Position numbers and translations under genes: made by a program | Shown: in pieces, positions 25,627-36,112 of the stretch | Position numbering within the stretch: the stretch's first letter is position 1 | Layout: each line of letters starts with the position of its first letter | The notes under the pieces: generated by a model | What the model saw: only the letters and a program-made list of their open reading frames with translations | What the model was told of the DNA's origin: nothing | Databases searched by the model: none | Assembly: GCA_013265495.1 (NCBI GenBank) | Contig: MU057809.1 | Location: 1-64,000 of the forward strand | Origin: Vicugna vicugna | Taxonomy: Eukaryota | DNA: 64,000 nt | Direction of reading: 5' to 3'

Positions 25627-25849
25627 CTGATGAGCCACACAGAAGCTGGCCTCTCTCTTCCTCCCTGGCTCTCTCTACTAATAATTCGTAACTCAGCTGA
25701 GTTGTAGTCAAAGAATTCGGTTTCTGAGTGAGAAAAAGATTCAAACTCATCCTGGGATCCCTTGAAATAGCACGTCCCACTGTGTACTTGACTCTAGAAG
25801 TCCGATTTACACATGCCTTCCAGGATCTCCCAGGTCGACTGGTCCTGCC
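25627..25849 (-). pseudogene. Nested gene exon N5
   Basis: Strong acceptor tttccttctttggtccctgtcccttcag|, donor CAG|GTAAAG; 223 nt, phase 0-1, fully open: GRTSRPGRSWKACVNRTSRVKYTVGRAISRDPRMSLNLFLTQKPNSLTTTQLSYELLVERAREEERGQLLCGSS. Confidence 0.7.
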
Positions 25850-26344
25850 CTGAAGGGACAGGGACCAAAGAAGGAAACTGAGCTCAGTAACGCCACGAGG
25901 GCAGACGCCACATCCTCTACAGTCACAGCCCCGCCACCACACGTGCCGGATGGCACAGCCGCAAAACCCTGTGCCTCCCCGCTCAGCACCGCGCCGTCAG
26001 CACCTGGAACAGCGCCCGGCGCACAGCAGCTATTCCGTAAACACCGAGGTTCAGTGAATGAATGAAACGTTTTTGGAGAACTGGCATCATTCATCCATGG
26101 GTACTTCTGAGCCTCATAATTCTACTTCTTAAAATACATCCTAAGGAGACAGGGAGAGGCGTCAGAAAGATCCCTGTACTAGAGCGGTCGGACCGGCCAC
26201 AGTGAGAAATTGTTCCAATCCATTTAGAGCCATCTATACGGTAGAATGCTTTGCGCCGTTACATCTGCTTTTAGCAGATTTAGTAAGCACACAAAGTTTG
26301 CTTTAAAACTCCAAAGAGCAGGATTCAAAATTATATATAATAGT

Positions 26345-27430
26345 TAAGAGAATGAAGAGACAAGTCACAGACTGAGAGAAAAATTTGCAAAACACACAGC
26401 TGGTGCAGGACTTGCATGAAAATGTACAAAAAGCTCTTAAAAACCAGCAACAAGAAAACAAACACCCCAAGTGGAAAACAGGCAAACGGCCTGGACAGAC
26501 AGCTCACCAAGGGAGACACACAGGTGGCAAAGAAGCCCAGGACACGCCGTCAGGGAAACACAATGGAACAAGTGAGACGCCACCACACAGCTGGCAGGGC
26601 GGCGCACGTGTGGGCGCTGACGACACCGACGCCGCGGGGCCGCGGGGCTGCGGGGGCTCTTGTCCGTCGCGGCGGGGATGCGACCCAGTGCAGCCACTCT
26701 GGGAGCCGGTGTGGTGCTTCCACACAAACCTAAACAGACTCTTAACGTGCAGTCCAGTGATTACACCCCGGTATTTATCCAAGACTTGAAAGCTCATGTC
26801 CACACAAAAACCTGCACACAAGTGTTTACTTACAGCAGCTTTACTCACAATTGCCAAAACCCGGAAGCAACCAAGGTGTCCTTCAGGAGGTGACGGCTAA
26901 ACAAACCGTGGTCCTTCCAGACCACGGGGCCATTTGGCAGTGAAAGGAAACGAGCCATCAAGTCGTGAAAAGACGCAGCGGAGCCGCGCACGCGTACACG
27001 GCTGAGTGAAAGCAGCCAGCCTGAACAGGCCGCACACGGTGACCCCAACTCTACGACCGCCTGGAAAAGGCAAGACTAGGGAGACAGTGAAGACAGCAGT
27101 GGTGGCCGGGGCTGGGGTGGGGGACGAGGCGGAGCACGGGGCGTCCTTGGGGCAGCGAAACTACTCAGGTGACGCTGCAGTGGTGGGCACAGGTCCCGCA
27201 CTGGTCCAGACCCCAGGTTGTGCCACGCCCAGACTGAGCCCTCAGGTGAGCTGCAGACCCTGGACAACAGTGACGCACCGATGCTGGTCACCAGCTGTCC
27301 CCGTGAGCCACACTGATTAACACAAGACGGCCGTAACGGGACAGACGGGGGTGGGGGTGGACACGGGAAACCTCTGTACTTTCTGCTCAGTTTTCTGTAG
27401 ACCTAAAACTTCTCTGAAAAGTAGCTTATT
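26345..27430 (+). mobile_element. LINE-1 3' fragment (L1MC-like)
   Basis: gcaaaacacac...aaagctcatgtccacacaaaaacctgcacaca...ctctgtactttctgctcagttttctgtagacctaaaact. Confidence 0.8.
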
Positions 27431-27699
27431 GTTTCAAAAGTTATCGACAGTAGCTTACACACTTTAGCACACGTGGGGGAGGGAGAGGGAGACCAGCGAC
27501 AAGCACAGAAAAGCACCTCCCAGGGAACCCGGGTGCCAGAGGCCGCCGTCTGGAGAGGCCTCACGAGGGGACATTGGGTTTCTTTATTCTTCTCTGTATT
27601 TTCTTGATTTCCTAAAATTTTGTGGAATCGACCTTTCTTTGTAATACTCGGTCGTGTCTGAAAGCTTTAAACCTGCTCTACTTATTTCTGCCTTGTTTT

Positions 27700-27785
27700 G
27701 CAGGGCAGGTAACTAGGTTGGGGGTTGAACCCGGGGCCTCATGCGTGCTGAGCGCGTGCTCCACCACGAAGCTGCACCTTCCTCC
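27700..27785 (-). mobile_element. tRNA-derived SINE fragment of camelid type
   Basis: ggggttgaacccggggcctcatgcgtgctgagcgcgtgctccaccacgaagctgcacc is the reverse complement of an A/B-box SINE head. Confidence 0.6.
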
Positions 27786-27899
27786 TAAACCTTCTTTAAG
27801 GAACGCCCTGTGCTCAGCTCTCGTTTTGTGGAGAAGCTTCATCAGACGGATGGACAGTGGCCCTCTGAGTCTGAGATTCCTCTCACGGAGTCGTGGCCT

Positions 27900-27923
27900 G
27901 GACGGACGGACGGACGGACGGAC
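27900..27923. repeat. (GGAC)n microsatellite
   Basis: ggacggacggacggacggacggac. Confidence 0.85.
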
Positions 27924-28124
27924 AAGTGCAGCTAAGCCTCAGCAAGCAGACCCCTGCGGGCCCCTGGGGGAGCAGGGTGACCGCCAGCAGCCGCTGCAGG
28001 GATGCCGCCCTGGTTCCGCCCCTCGTCTGCAGAAGCGTTATCCCTGCGGCCATGTCCGCGGTGTTTAGGGGGCGGGACACAAAAGTGAGCTCACACTTAA
28101 CTCACTAGTATATGTTACATCAAT

Positions 28125-28255
28125 TAAAAGAATAAATAAATAACTAAAAAACAAAAATAAAATTTTTTATAAATTCAAAATAAAAAATAAAAATAAATTT
28201 TAATTTAAAATTTCTTGAAAATTATAAAATCCTTTAAATTTAAAAATTTTAAAAA
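28125..28255. repeat. AT-rich low-complexity tract
   Basis: ~130 bp almost entirely A/T inside GC-rich surroundings. Confidence 0.8.
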
Positions 28256-28305
28256 CCCAAGTACACGAGAAGTGTGATGCACAAAAAATGGAAGGAAAAG
28301 GGAAC

Positions 28306-28427
28306 CTGCGCGTCTGAAGCAGCCCTGTGGGCAGTGAATCTCTTTTTCCAATGTATTTGCTGTTACTGACGATAGTTATAAACCTTTCCAGCTCTTCTAA
28401 GACACAAGCAGGTGTGTTCTGCTTTCA
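28306..28427 (-). pseudogene. Nested gene exon N4 (F-box C-terminal half)
   Basis: ccttctgcag| acceptor, CAG|GTTCCC donor; 122 nt, phase 1-0; KAEHTCLCLRRAGKVYNYRQ*QQIHWKKRFTAHRAASDAQ, with the adjacent frame giving RFITIVSNSKYI just before WKKRF. Confidence 0.65.
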
Positions 28428-29249
28428 CTGCAGAAGGACACCCTAATACAACCTGACGGGGCTCTTCCCAGGAAGGCAAGGTCAGCTCAAACCTCAAAAC
28501 GTAATCAAAGAGCATCTGACAAAATTCAGCATTCAGTCATGACTTAAAAAGAGAGAAAAAACTCAGTAAATTAGAAACAGAAGGAAACTTCCTTAACACC
28601 ATGGAGGAATCCACGCGAACCCACACCTGCGACTTAATGAAGAGACGAACGCTCCCCCAAGACCAGAACAGGACGAGGAGGCCTTTTCCCAGTCGCCCTG
28701 CTCAGCACCACGCCAGACGCACGTGCAGACGGAGAGGAAGACGCCAAACTCCCCGATGCAGCTGAACGCGTAGAAAATCCCACAGAATCTGTAAAACTCT
28801 TCTAGTAAGTGACTCAGTGAAGCTGTAGTTTTAACAGCTTTTTGTACATTTTTCATACAAGTCTTTTATCAGATGTGTGTTTTGCAAAGTTAATACATAA
28901 AAGTCAATTATAGTTTTATAGTCGAGCAATGAACGATCGAATTTTAACATTTAAAAAACAGTGCATTAAGTGAATGAAAAGACCCGCCACAGACGGGGAG
29001 AAAATATTTGCAAAACACACATCTGATAATATACAAAAGGCTCTTAAAACCCAGCATAAGAAACCAAACACTCCACGTGGAAAACAGACAAAGGATCAGG
29101 ACACACACCTCACCGCAGAAGACACTCCGGTGGCAAACAAGCCCAGGACAGGAACTGCCCGTGGTGCGCCACCAGGGAAACGCAGACTAAAACCCCGAGA
29201 GGCCGCCACACACCCATGGGAACGGCCAGAATCCAGACACTGCCCACAC

Positions 29250-30029
29250 CAGACCAAGCAAGTCGATCGGCGCCGTTTTTCCAACAGCATCTGCTCACTT
29301 CGTGCCTCTGTCACGTTTTCGTAATTCTCACGATACTTCAGATTTTCCATTACAGTTATGGGGATCTGTGGTCAGTGATCTTTGTGCTACTGCTGCAAAA
29401 GGACTGCAGCTCGCTGAAGGCTCCGACGGTGGGGATCATTTTTCAGCACGATGTTTTTTAACTGAAGTACAGTCAGTTACAATGTGCTCATTTCCGGGGT
29501 ACAGCACGTGTTTCAGTCATGCGTATATTCGTATTCATATTCTTTTTCATTGATTACGGGATATTGAATATAGTTCCCTGTGCTCTACAGAAGAAATTTG
29601 TTTTTATCTATTTTCATATATAGTGGTGAACATTTGCAAATCTCAAACTCCCAAATTTATCCCTTCCCACCCTCTTCTTCCCGGTGACCATAAGATTGTT
29701 TGCTGTGTCTGTGGGTCTGTTTCTGTCTTGTAGATGAGTTCATAGTGCCTCTTTTACCTTTTTTTTTCAGATTCCACATATGAGTGATCTCATACGGCAT
29801 TTTTCTTTTTCTGGCTTATTTCACAGCACTGAAGTATTTTTAATTTAGGTCTGTATTTTGTTTTCTTAGACATAATGCTACTGAACACTTAACAGACTAC
29901 AGTATAGAGAAAACATAACTTTTATCTGCACCGGGAAACCAAAAATTTGCACGGTTCTCTTTACCGCAGTCCTCGCTTTACTGGGGTGGTCTGGAACCAA
30001 ACCTGCAGCATCTCTGACGTGTGCCCGTA
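29250..30029 (+). mobile_element. Tigger1-derived non-autonomous DNA transposon, split by an L1 insertion
   Basis: agcaagtcgatcggcgccgtttttccaacagcatctgctcacttcgtg; agacataatgctactgaacacttaacagactacagtatag; terminal ggtctggaaccaaacctgcagcatctctgacgtgtgcccgTA. Confidence 0.8.
29455..29824 (-). mobile_element. Young lineage-specific L1 3' end (camelid-type)
   Basis: T tract plus actgaagtacagtcagttacaatg...atattgaatatagttccctgtgct...cagattccacatatgagtgat. Confidence 0.8.
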
Positions 30030-30901
30030 AACCCCAAACTGCTCTAAAAAGTAAAGCCTATTTTTTTTAAAGTACCATTAAAATAGAGTAAGAAGTGAAC
30101 TAGGAGTAAACCGAACAAAATATGTGAAGGGTCTGTATACTGAAAGCAACACAAGTTTTTCCTTCACTCATGAAAGAAATTAAAGGCTTAAATAAACGCA
30201 GAGAAGTTCTGTGCTTGTGGTTTGGAAGATTCAATATTATTAAGATGTCTCTTCACCCCAGACTGATTTATACATTCAGTGTAATCCCAGTCAAGACCCC
30301 AGGAGGACCTTTTGGTCAGTACGACCCACATCACTGTAAGACACACCTGGAGAGAACCAGGAAACAGAGACAACTCTGAAAAGCGGCGAAGCTGTCAGAC
30401 TCACACCGCCTGACCCCAGCAAACTGCAGGGACACAGCGGTGAGACGCAGGGGTGGCCCGGACAGCTCGACGGAGCAAGCCCGAAATCAGCCCAGAACCC
30501 CTGTCCCCGCGGGTCTTCGACAGGGCAGTGGCCTCACGCTAGGGGGGCTGCAAGCTCACTGGGTCCTTCGAGAGCGAACCGGCAGCAAGACTGGGAGCTG
30601 TAAAGCTACGCAGACAGCGCCCCCGAGCCCTCTCCTGACACATCTGCTTACACACTCATTTTTTTCTTTCATGTCTTTGGCATAAAGGTGTTTTACGAAG
30701 GGATAAAAAACTGAAAGCTACCGAACAGGAAACAAGGGGAGGAAAGTAACAACCGTGACCCATCCACGCGTGCAGCACTGTAAGGCCACCAGATGCCAGG
30801 AAACTGCAGCTAAGAAGGATGCAGGCACCATGGTGCCCTGAAGCCCCTGAAACACACGCTGAAAGTGGTCCAAATGGTAAATCTTGTCATGTACATTTGA
30901 C

Positions 30902-30909
30902 CACACACA

Positions 30910-30943
<34 letters not shown>
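30902..30943. repeat. (CA)n microsatellite
   Basis: cacacacacgcgcacacacacacac... Confidence 0.9.
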
Positions 30944-30948
<5 letters not shown>

Positions 30949-31757
30949 GCTACTAAGAAAAAAATCAAACAAAAAATGCACGTAGGCTACAACTGTCCAG
31001 GCCCGTGTGTCAGTGCGCCCCGCTGAGCAGGGAAGTCCTCAGAAGAACGCAGTGCTGGCCGGCAGGTGCGGTGTAACCAGTGCACTCTGTAAAGGCGCAT
31101 CCCCGACACCGTCCACAGCTCACTGCTGGAAGGATCGATGCCTTGTCGTTGCCCGGCCTCCTGAAGCCCGGATCCGGGAGAAGCTCAGAGTCTGTGTTCT
31201 GCCGGCGGGTGAGGACTATCTCACCCCCCAAAGTCTCCGCCTGGAGAGCTCCACCTCCCCAACCCCGGCTCACTCGCCTGGGCGCCAGGCACCGCGTCGC
31301 ACCCGGGCCGGATGGAGGCCTCGGACGCCTGCTCCCCACTCCCGACGCAAGTGGGGAAAGCTGAGCACCCCAGGCTTCCAGCAGAGGCAGCGGGAAGTGA
31401 ACGGGCATCAGGGCTCTTCAAGGCACCTTACATTTTGGGGATGTCAGATCCACTGCAAACACGGGGAACAGCCTCCCCAGTAAAAGCAGCCACGTGTAAA
31501 TGCACGCGTACGACTTCAGAGCATCCACAGAATCACCCCAAAGCCAGTAGGTATCAGGACAGGAAAAAGACACGAACTCAACCGGTCTCGCACCTGGACG
31601 CCGCTGGGTCGGCATCGGGGGCAGGGGCGCCTGGCCCTCACACCCTCTGCTCGGGCTGGACACGGCCGGCGCCCGTCGGACAAAGCGGACCTGCTCCCGT
31701 GAGCTCTGTGTGACTGGCTCTTTCCTCCCACCGCCCCGCCCATGCCCACGGCAGCTG

Positions 31758-32150
31758 CTGGGGCTGAGCTGTGTCCCCAAATAGATCTCTGCGGTCCTAC
31801 TCTCAGACCTCAGAATGTGACCGTATTTGGGGACGGGGTCTCACAGAGGTCATTAGTTAAAGCGAGGACATCAGGGTGGACCCAAAGCCCACAGGACTGT
31901 CCCTTTTATATAAAAAGAGAGAGAGGCCACGTGAAGGAGGCAGAGGTGGGGAGACGTGTCCACCAGCCAGGGAGCCCGAGGACAGACAGAGCCCCAGCAT
32001 CGAGGGGCCAGGCCTGGGAAGACCCCGGAAGTCCTCTGGGGGGAGCCCGCCCGGCGGCACCTGGGTCTCACACCTCAGCCCCCAGGCTGCGCGAGAGGCG
32101 ACTTTGACAGTTAAGCCCCCAACGTGGGTGCTTTGTCACAGCCGCCCAAG
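31758..32150 (+). mobile_element. MaLR LTR (MLT1-like)
   Basis: acctcagaatgtgaccgtatttggggacggggtctcacagagg...ttaagcccccaacgtgggtgctttgtcacagc. Confidence 0.7.
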
Positions 32151-32213
32151 CACACTCTGGTGGCAGCGCAGTGACCGTCACCGAGAAAATAAGGATTCAT
32201 GCCACCCCCTTAC

Positions 32214-32257
32214 AGTTAAGTAAAAGAAAATGCTCGGTTTAGAACCAAGACTGGAAC
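32214..32257 (-). pseudogene. Nested gene exon N3 (F-box core, frameshifted)
   Basis: VPVLVL then, after a frameshift, SIFFYL or EHFLLLN; donor ACT|GTAAGG; 44 nt where a phase 0-1 join needs 43 or 46; acceptor weak. Confidence 0.5.
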
Positions 32258-32893
32258 CTAGGCTTCCTGGTCGTCTGCAGACGAGTCACCCCACCTCCTC
32301 CAGACATCAGCCCTCACCTGTCAGAGGCAGGTCACCAAGGCTTCTCCAGGCAAGTATGACCAGTCCACCTCCCTACACCTCCACCCTTGTCCCCGCCTCT
32401 CCCCCAAGCTCCAGTCCCACAGCCTCTCTGACAGCTCAAGCATGTCCAAAGCATCACTTTGACCTTTTCCGATCCAACCGTTCTCTTCCTACTGTCCCCT
32501 TCTTGGCAGGTGGCACCCCCTTCAGACCAAACGCCAGGAGTCATGCCCCACACCTCTCTCCTCCCCCTACCTCCAGTCCACCAGCAAGACCTGGAACAGC
32601 TCCACCAAAGCCAGCAGCCCCCAGCTCCTCTCTCCCCATCTCCGCTCCCCAGTGACAGTAGCACCCTGCCCCTGCCAAGCGTAACAACCCAAAGTGTCTG
32701 CAGCCACTGCACACGTCCCCTGGGGGCAAGAGAACCCTAGATGAGACCGTCTGCTCTAGTCTCACCCTGTGGCCTCAGCTCAGGTCTGGCCGGGACCCCG
32801 CCTCTGGCCTCTAAGGAGCTCCCTGTCTCGGTCCTGCCAATAGGTCACCCCCTGAAAGACAGGGCACCAGGCTGGGGTCACTGGTGAACAAAC

Positions 32894-33057
32894 CAGGTTA
32901 AGTAAGGATGCACGACATCCCCTCTTCAAACGTGAGGGAACGATCCCATCCCCCGCCCCCGGCCTCGGTGCGGGACTGGGGACTGGCGCTCCTCTCCTCA
33001 CGGGGACCTCAAAAGTAACCAGAGAGACACGGATTAAGGCCACATGGCCAGGTCCAC
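32894..33057 (-). pseudogene. Nested gene exon N2 (ends at the F-box start, SLLNL)
   Basis: tgtttttgaatag| acceptor, CTG|GTTTGT donor; 164 nt, phase 1-0, open: GGPGHVALIRVSLVTFEVPV...RLKRGCRASLLNL. Confidence 0.6.
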
Positions 33058-33427
33058 CTATTCAAAAACAGCTTTTAAAATTAAAACAGCCAAAGTGGGC
33101 TCAGGTGGGTCACTAGCAGCCCCAGTCCCTGCTGGAGGGGCTGGGAACTGATGCTCCGCTCTGGGGAGCCCCCGTCAGTCCATCTCCGAAAAGCTGCACT
33201 AAACCAACAATACTACACATGGAAAAAATCTCAGTACAGAAACGTTTGTGTGGCATTATTTTTAACGTTAAAAAAAAAGCTGAAAATAACTCAATCATCT
33301 AATTGTGAGGGAAATGTGGAGAAAACATGGCTGTATCTTCTTAACACAAGTGAGTGAAGAATAGACAGTAAGTATGCATGTCTGTGACATGGCTACAGCT
33401 ATGCTCGAAATCCACACGGTGGAGGGA

Positions 33428-34050
33428 CCACAGATCCCACGTCCACACAGCGGGGGTGCTGCAGGGCCCACGTCCACAGAGCAGGGGGGCCGCAGAGCCC
33501 ACGTCCACACAGGGGAGGGGCGGCGGATCCCACGACCACACAGGGAAGGGGCCACAGAGCCCACGTCCACACAGGGGGGGGGGCCGCAGATCCCACGTCC
33601 ATACAGGGGAGGGGCCACAGATCCCACATCCACACAGCGGGGGGGCCGCAGATCCCACGTCCACAGAGCAGGGGGGCCGCAGAGCCCACGTCCACACAGG
33701 GGAGGGGCTGCGGATCCCACGACCACACAGGGAAGGGGCCACAGAGCCCACGTCCACACAGCGGGGGGGCCGCAGATCCCACGTCCACACAGGGGAGGGG
33801 CCACAGATCCCACATCCACACAGCGGGGGGGGCCACAGATCCCATGTCCACAGAGCAGGGGGGCCGCAGAGCCCACGTCCACACAGGGGAGGGGCCACAG
33901 ACCCCACGTCCACACAGCCGGGGTGCTGCAAGGCCCACGTCCACAGAGCAGGGGGGCCGCAGAGCCCACGTCCACACAGGGGAGGGGCTGCGGATCCCAC
34001 GACCACACAGGGAAGGGGCCACAGAGCCCACGTCCACACAGGGGGGAGGG
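33428..34050. repeat. 31-bp GC-rich minisatellite (VNTR), ~20 units, consensus CCRCAGAKCCCACGTCCACACAGGGGAGGGG
   Basis: Units parsed directly from the sequence. Confidence 0.95.
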
Positions 34051-34068
34051 ACCACAAACAACGTTTAC

Positions 34069-34182
34069 CTCTTCTTTCCACTCCTGAACTTCTCAGATTT
34101 TCTTTAAAGGCACGTATTGCTATAAAATGTTTTTCATGGATTGTTTTGAAGGGAAGAAATAAATCCATTCCTTCGGGTTGGG
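34069..34182 (-). pseudogene. Nested gene exon N1 (candidate ATG at 34168)
   Basis: catag| acceptor, GAG|GTAAAC donor; MDLFLPFKTIHEKHFIAIRAFKENLRSSGVERR open, ends phase 1. Confidence 0.55.
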
Positions 34183-34967
34183 CTATGTGTCCACAAGAGT
34201 TCCCGTCAGAAGTAAGACACTGCTGGGAGGCGGGGCACGGGCTGAGAGGTGCTTAAACACAGACCCGGCCCCGGGGCTCCCATTCAGTCCCCATGGCAGA
34301 CAGACAGGGACAGTTATGCTGTGATACGAGGGCCAGGAGGAGGAACCTCAGGTGACCCCAGAGAGTGTTCTGGGCCGAGAGCCCAAGGGAGGGAGGGGCA
34401 GCAGGGCAGGCTGACAGGGGCTCCTGTCCCAACCTGCCGCTTCCTGGACCATCCGCTTGCTTCCCACGATGAGCCAGCAAGGGGGTGACAGGTGTCATTC
34501 GGGAGGAGTGAGCTCGGGGACCCTCTCCTCAGTAGAGAGGGGCAGATCAGGCATGTGTCCCACCCCAACCCGTGCACACACACGTTTGCGGGGCAGGCCA
34601 GCCTCTGCTGAGTCCCAGAGACGCAGACGATGTGCAAGCTGACCCCAGACATCCCACATCACACTCTGCCAGAGCTGTTTTGCCCCAGTGCCGAGGACAT
34701 CTATGAGACCCAGTGCCACTTCCGTCCCGAGCTGAAAACCATCTGTGAGCCCCACAGGTTCTAATCACAGTCAGCCTTTCCCAAACATCTGCACCGCCTT
34801 CCGCCAGCCCCCTGAAGGCCCTGGACCACCTGGGAGGAGAAGGGGTTCTGTGGCTGGGAGGACAGAGCCCCCAGCTCCGGCAAACCGCTTTGGAAGGACA
34901 CTCCCACAGGCACTCCAGGCCCCGTGAGGACGGTGGCGGAAAGGGTTGGCGGGTGCCCTGCACTGAC

Positions 34968-35144
34968 CTTCTCCAGCTTCTCGAAGTGTTCCCGGAGGAA
35001 CTTCATGGGGCGGTCGGGCTTGGAGACGCAGAGGTGCACGATGCAGTCCCTGAGCACCTGCTGGACACTGTGCTTCTGGACGTAGAGCTCGCAGCCTCGC
35101 AGAGCCTCGTCCTCCTCCAGCGGGTAAGGCGACGGCGAGGCCAT
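34968..35144 (-). CDS. PRKAR1B: cAMP-dependent protein kinase type I-beta regulatory subunit, first coding exon (exon 2; D/D domain). Exon extends into 5'UTR to 35161
   Basis: [59 protein letters not shown] (59 aa) matches the RI-beta N-terminus; acceptor ccccag at 35162-63, donor AAG|GTCAGT at 34967, phase 0. Confidence 0.97.
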
Positions 35145-35559
35145 GGTCAGCGGGACTGCACCTGGGGAGGAGAACAGGGATCAGGCTCGTGGTTCGGTGA
35201 ACACCTGTCCTACACGCATCCTAAGGTTTACCCGTGCGGGCTGATCCAAGGACTGACGCGATGTGCTCACATGGCCCGGGCGTTTTACCCTGCACTTGTC
35301 AGCGAGATGACCTGTTAACACAACCACGGCGATGCCTAACAGCTAACAGACCCCCCGCGGACGGGGGTGGACCAGGCAGGTTTTGCACGCTGTTGAGAAG
35401 CAGCAGTGCAGGGCGGGGGGGCTCCTGAGGGTCCAGCAGGCGGTTGTGCGGCCTCACTTGCATCCATACCCTCTTTCAGGAGAACAGTGGGGGGGGGCTG
35501 TACCTCCCACCCCAGCCGAACGCCATGGGAGATGGGGTTGGGGTGCCCTTGCAAGCTCC

Positions 35560-36012
35560 GCAGGAAAAGGGAGGCAGGAAAACAAACGGAGCGCGGCTGA
35601 GGGGCCCCAGGAGGACAAGCCCGGGGACAAAGGCAGGCCCGCGTTCCCCGCCCGCGCTCCGGCCAGGTCGCAATCACAGCCCGGAACCGGCGCGGAACCC
35701 GGCCCGCCCGGCGGCGCACGCGGCCGCGGGGACCCCAGCCCTGGCCTCCGCGTCCCCGGCCTCCGCGCCCCGCACCACGGCGGCGCCTCGGGCTAGGGTC
35801 CAGCCGAGGGGCCAGGGGCTCCCCAAGGGCCCACATTCCCCGAGGCCTCCCGGTGCAGACCCAGCCCCGGACAGGCATGCGGAGGGGGCCGCCGCAGACC
35901 CCACCCCAGCCCAGCCCCGCGTACCTGGATGCGCGGTGCCGGAGACCGGAGGCGGTGCGCAGGGACGCAGAGACGCGGGACGGCGAGCAAGCGGGTCCCC
36001 GCACTGCAGCGG
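35560..36012. promoter_or_regulatory. CpG island, PRKAR1B proximal promoter region
   Basis: Very high GC and CpG density immediately upstream of the first coding exon. Confidence 0.75.
35925..36012 (-). other. PRKAR1B: Probable non-coding first exon of PRKAR1B (5' end runs into the N gap)
   Basis: Lies in a CpG island ~760 bp upstream of exon 2; donor CAG|GTACGC at 35924 followed by intronic G-runs. Confidence 0.6.
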
Positions 36013-36112
36013 NNNNNNNNNNNNNNNNNNNNNNNNNNNNNNNNNNNNNNNNNNNNNNNNNNNNNNNNNNNNNNNNNNNNNNNNNNNNNNNNNNNNNNNN
36101 NNNNNNNNNNNN
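36013..36112. other. Assembly gap (100 N)
   Basis: N run within the PRKAR1B CpG island. Confidence 1.

Larger units (their letters stand above)
28470..30420 (+). mobile_element. Nested stack: old L1 ORF2 > L1MC-like > Tigger1-derived DNA transposon > young L1 3' end
   Basis: L1 RT-region sequence at 28470-28970 resumes at ~30075 (GRFNIIKMSLHPRLIYTFSVIPVKTP); inner elements listed separately. Confidence 0.7.

Noticed and set aside
25627..25849. Alternative reading of N5 (QDQSTWEILEGMCKSDF*...ASVWLI)
   Set aside because: Contains a stop and is not phase-compatible with N4; frame 0 is open and continues the F-box motif. Not fully excluded, because it joins N6 in phase 2.
33295..34256. CRISPR-like array or repetitive protein gene (several 220-292 aa ORFs)
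   Set aside because: Contiguous 31-bp units with no unique spacers in a mammalian intron; the ORFs on both strands arise from the stop-free repeat.
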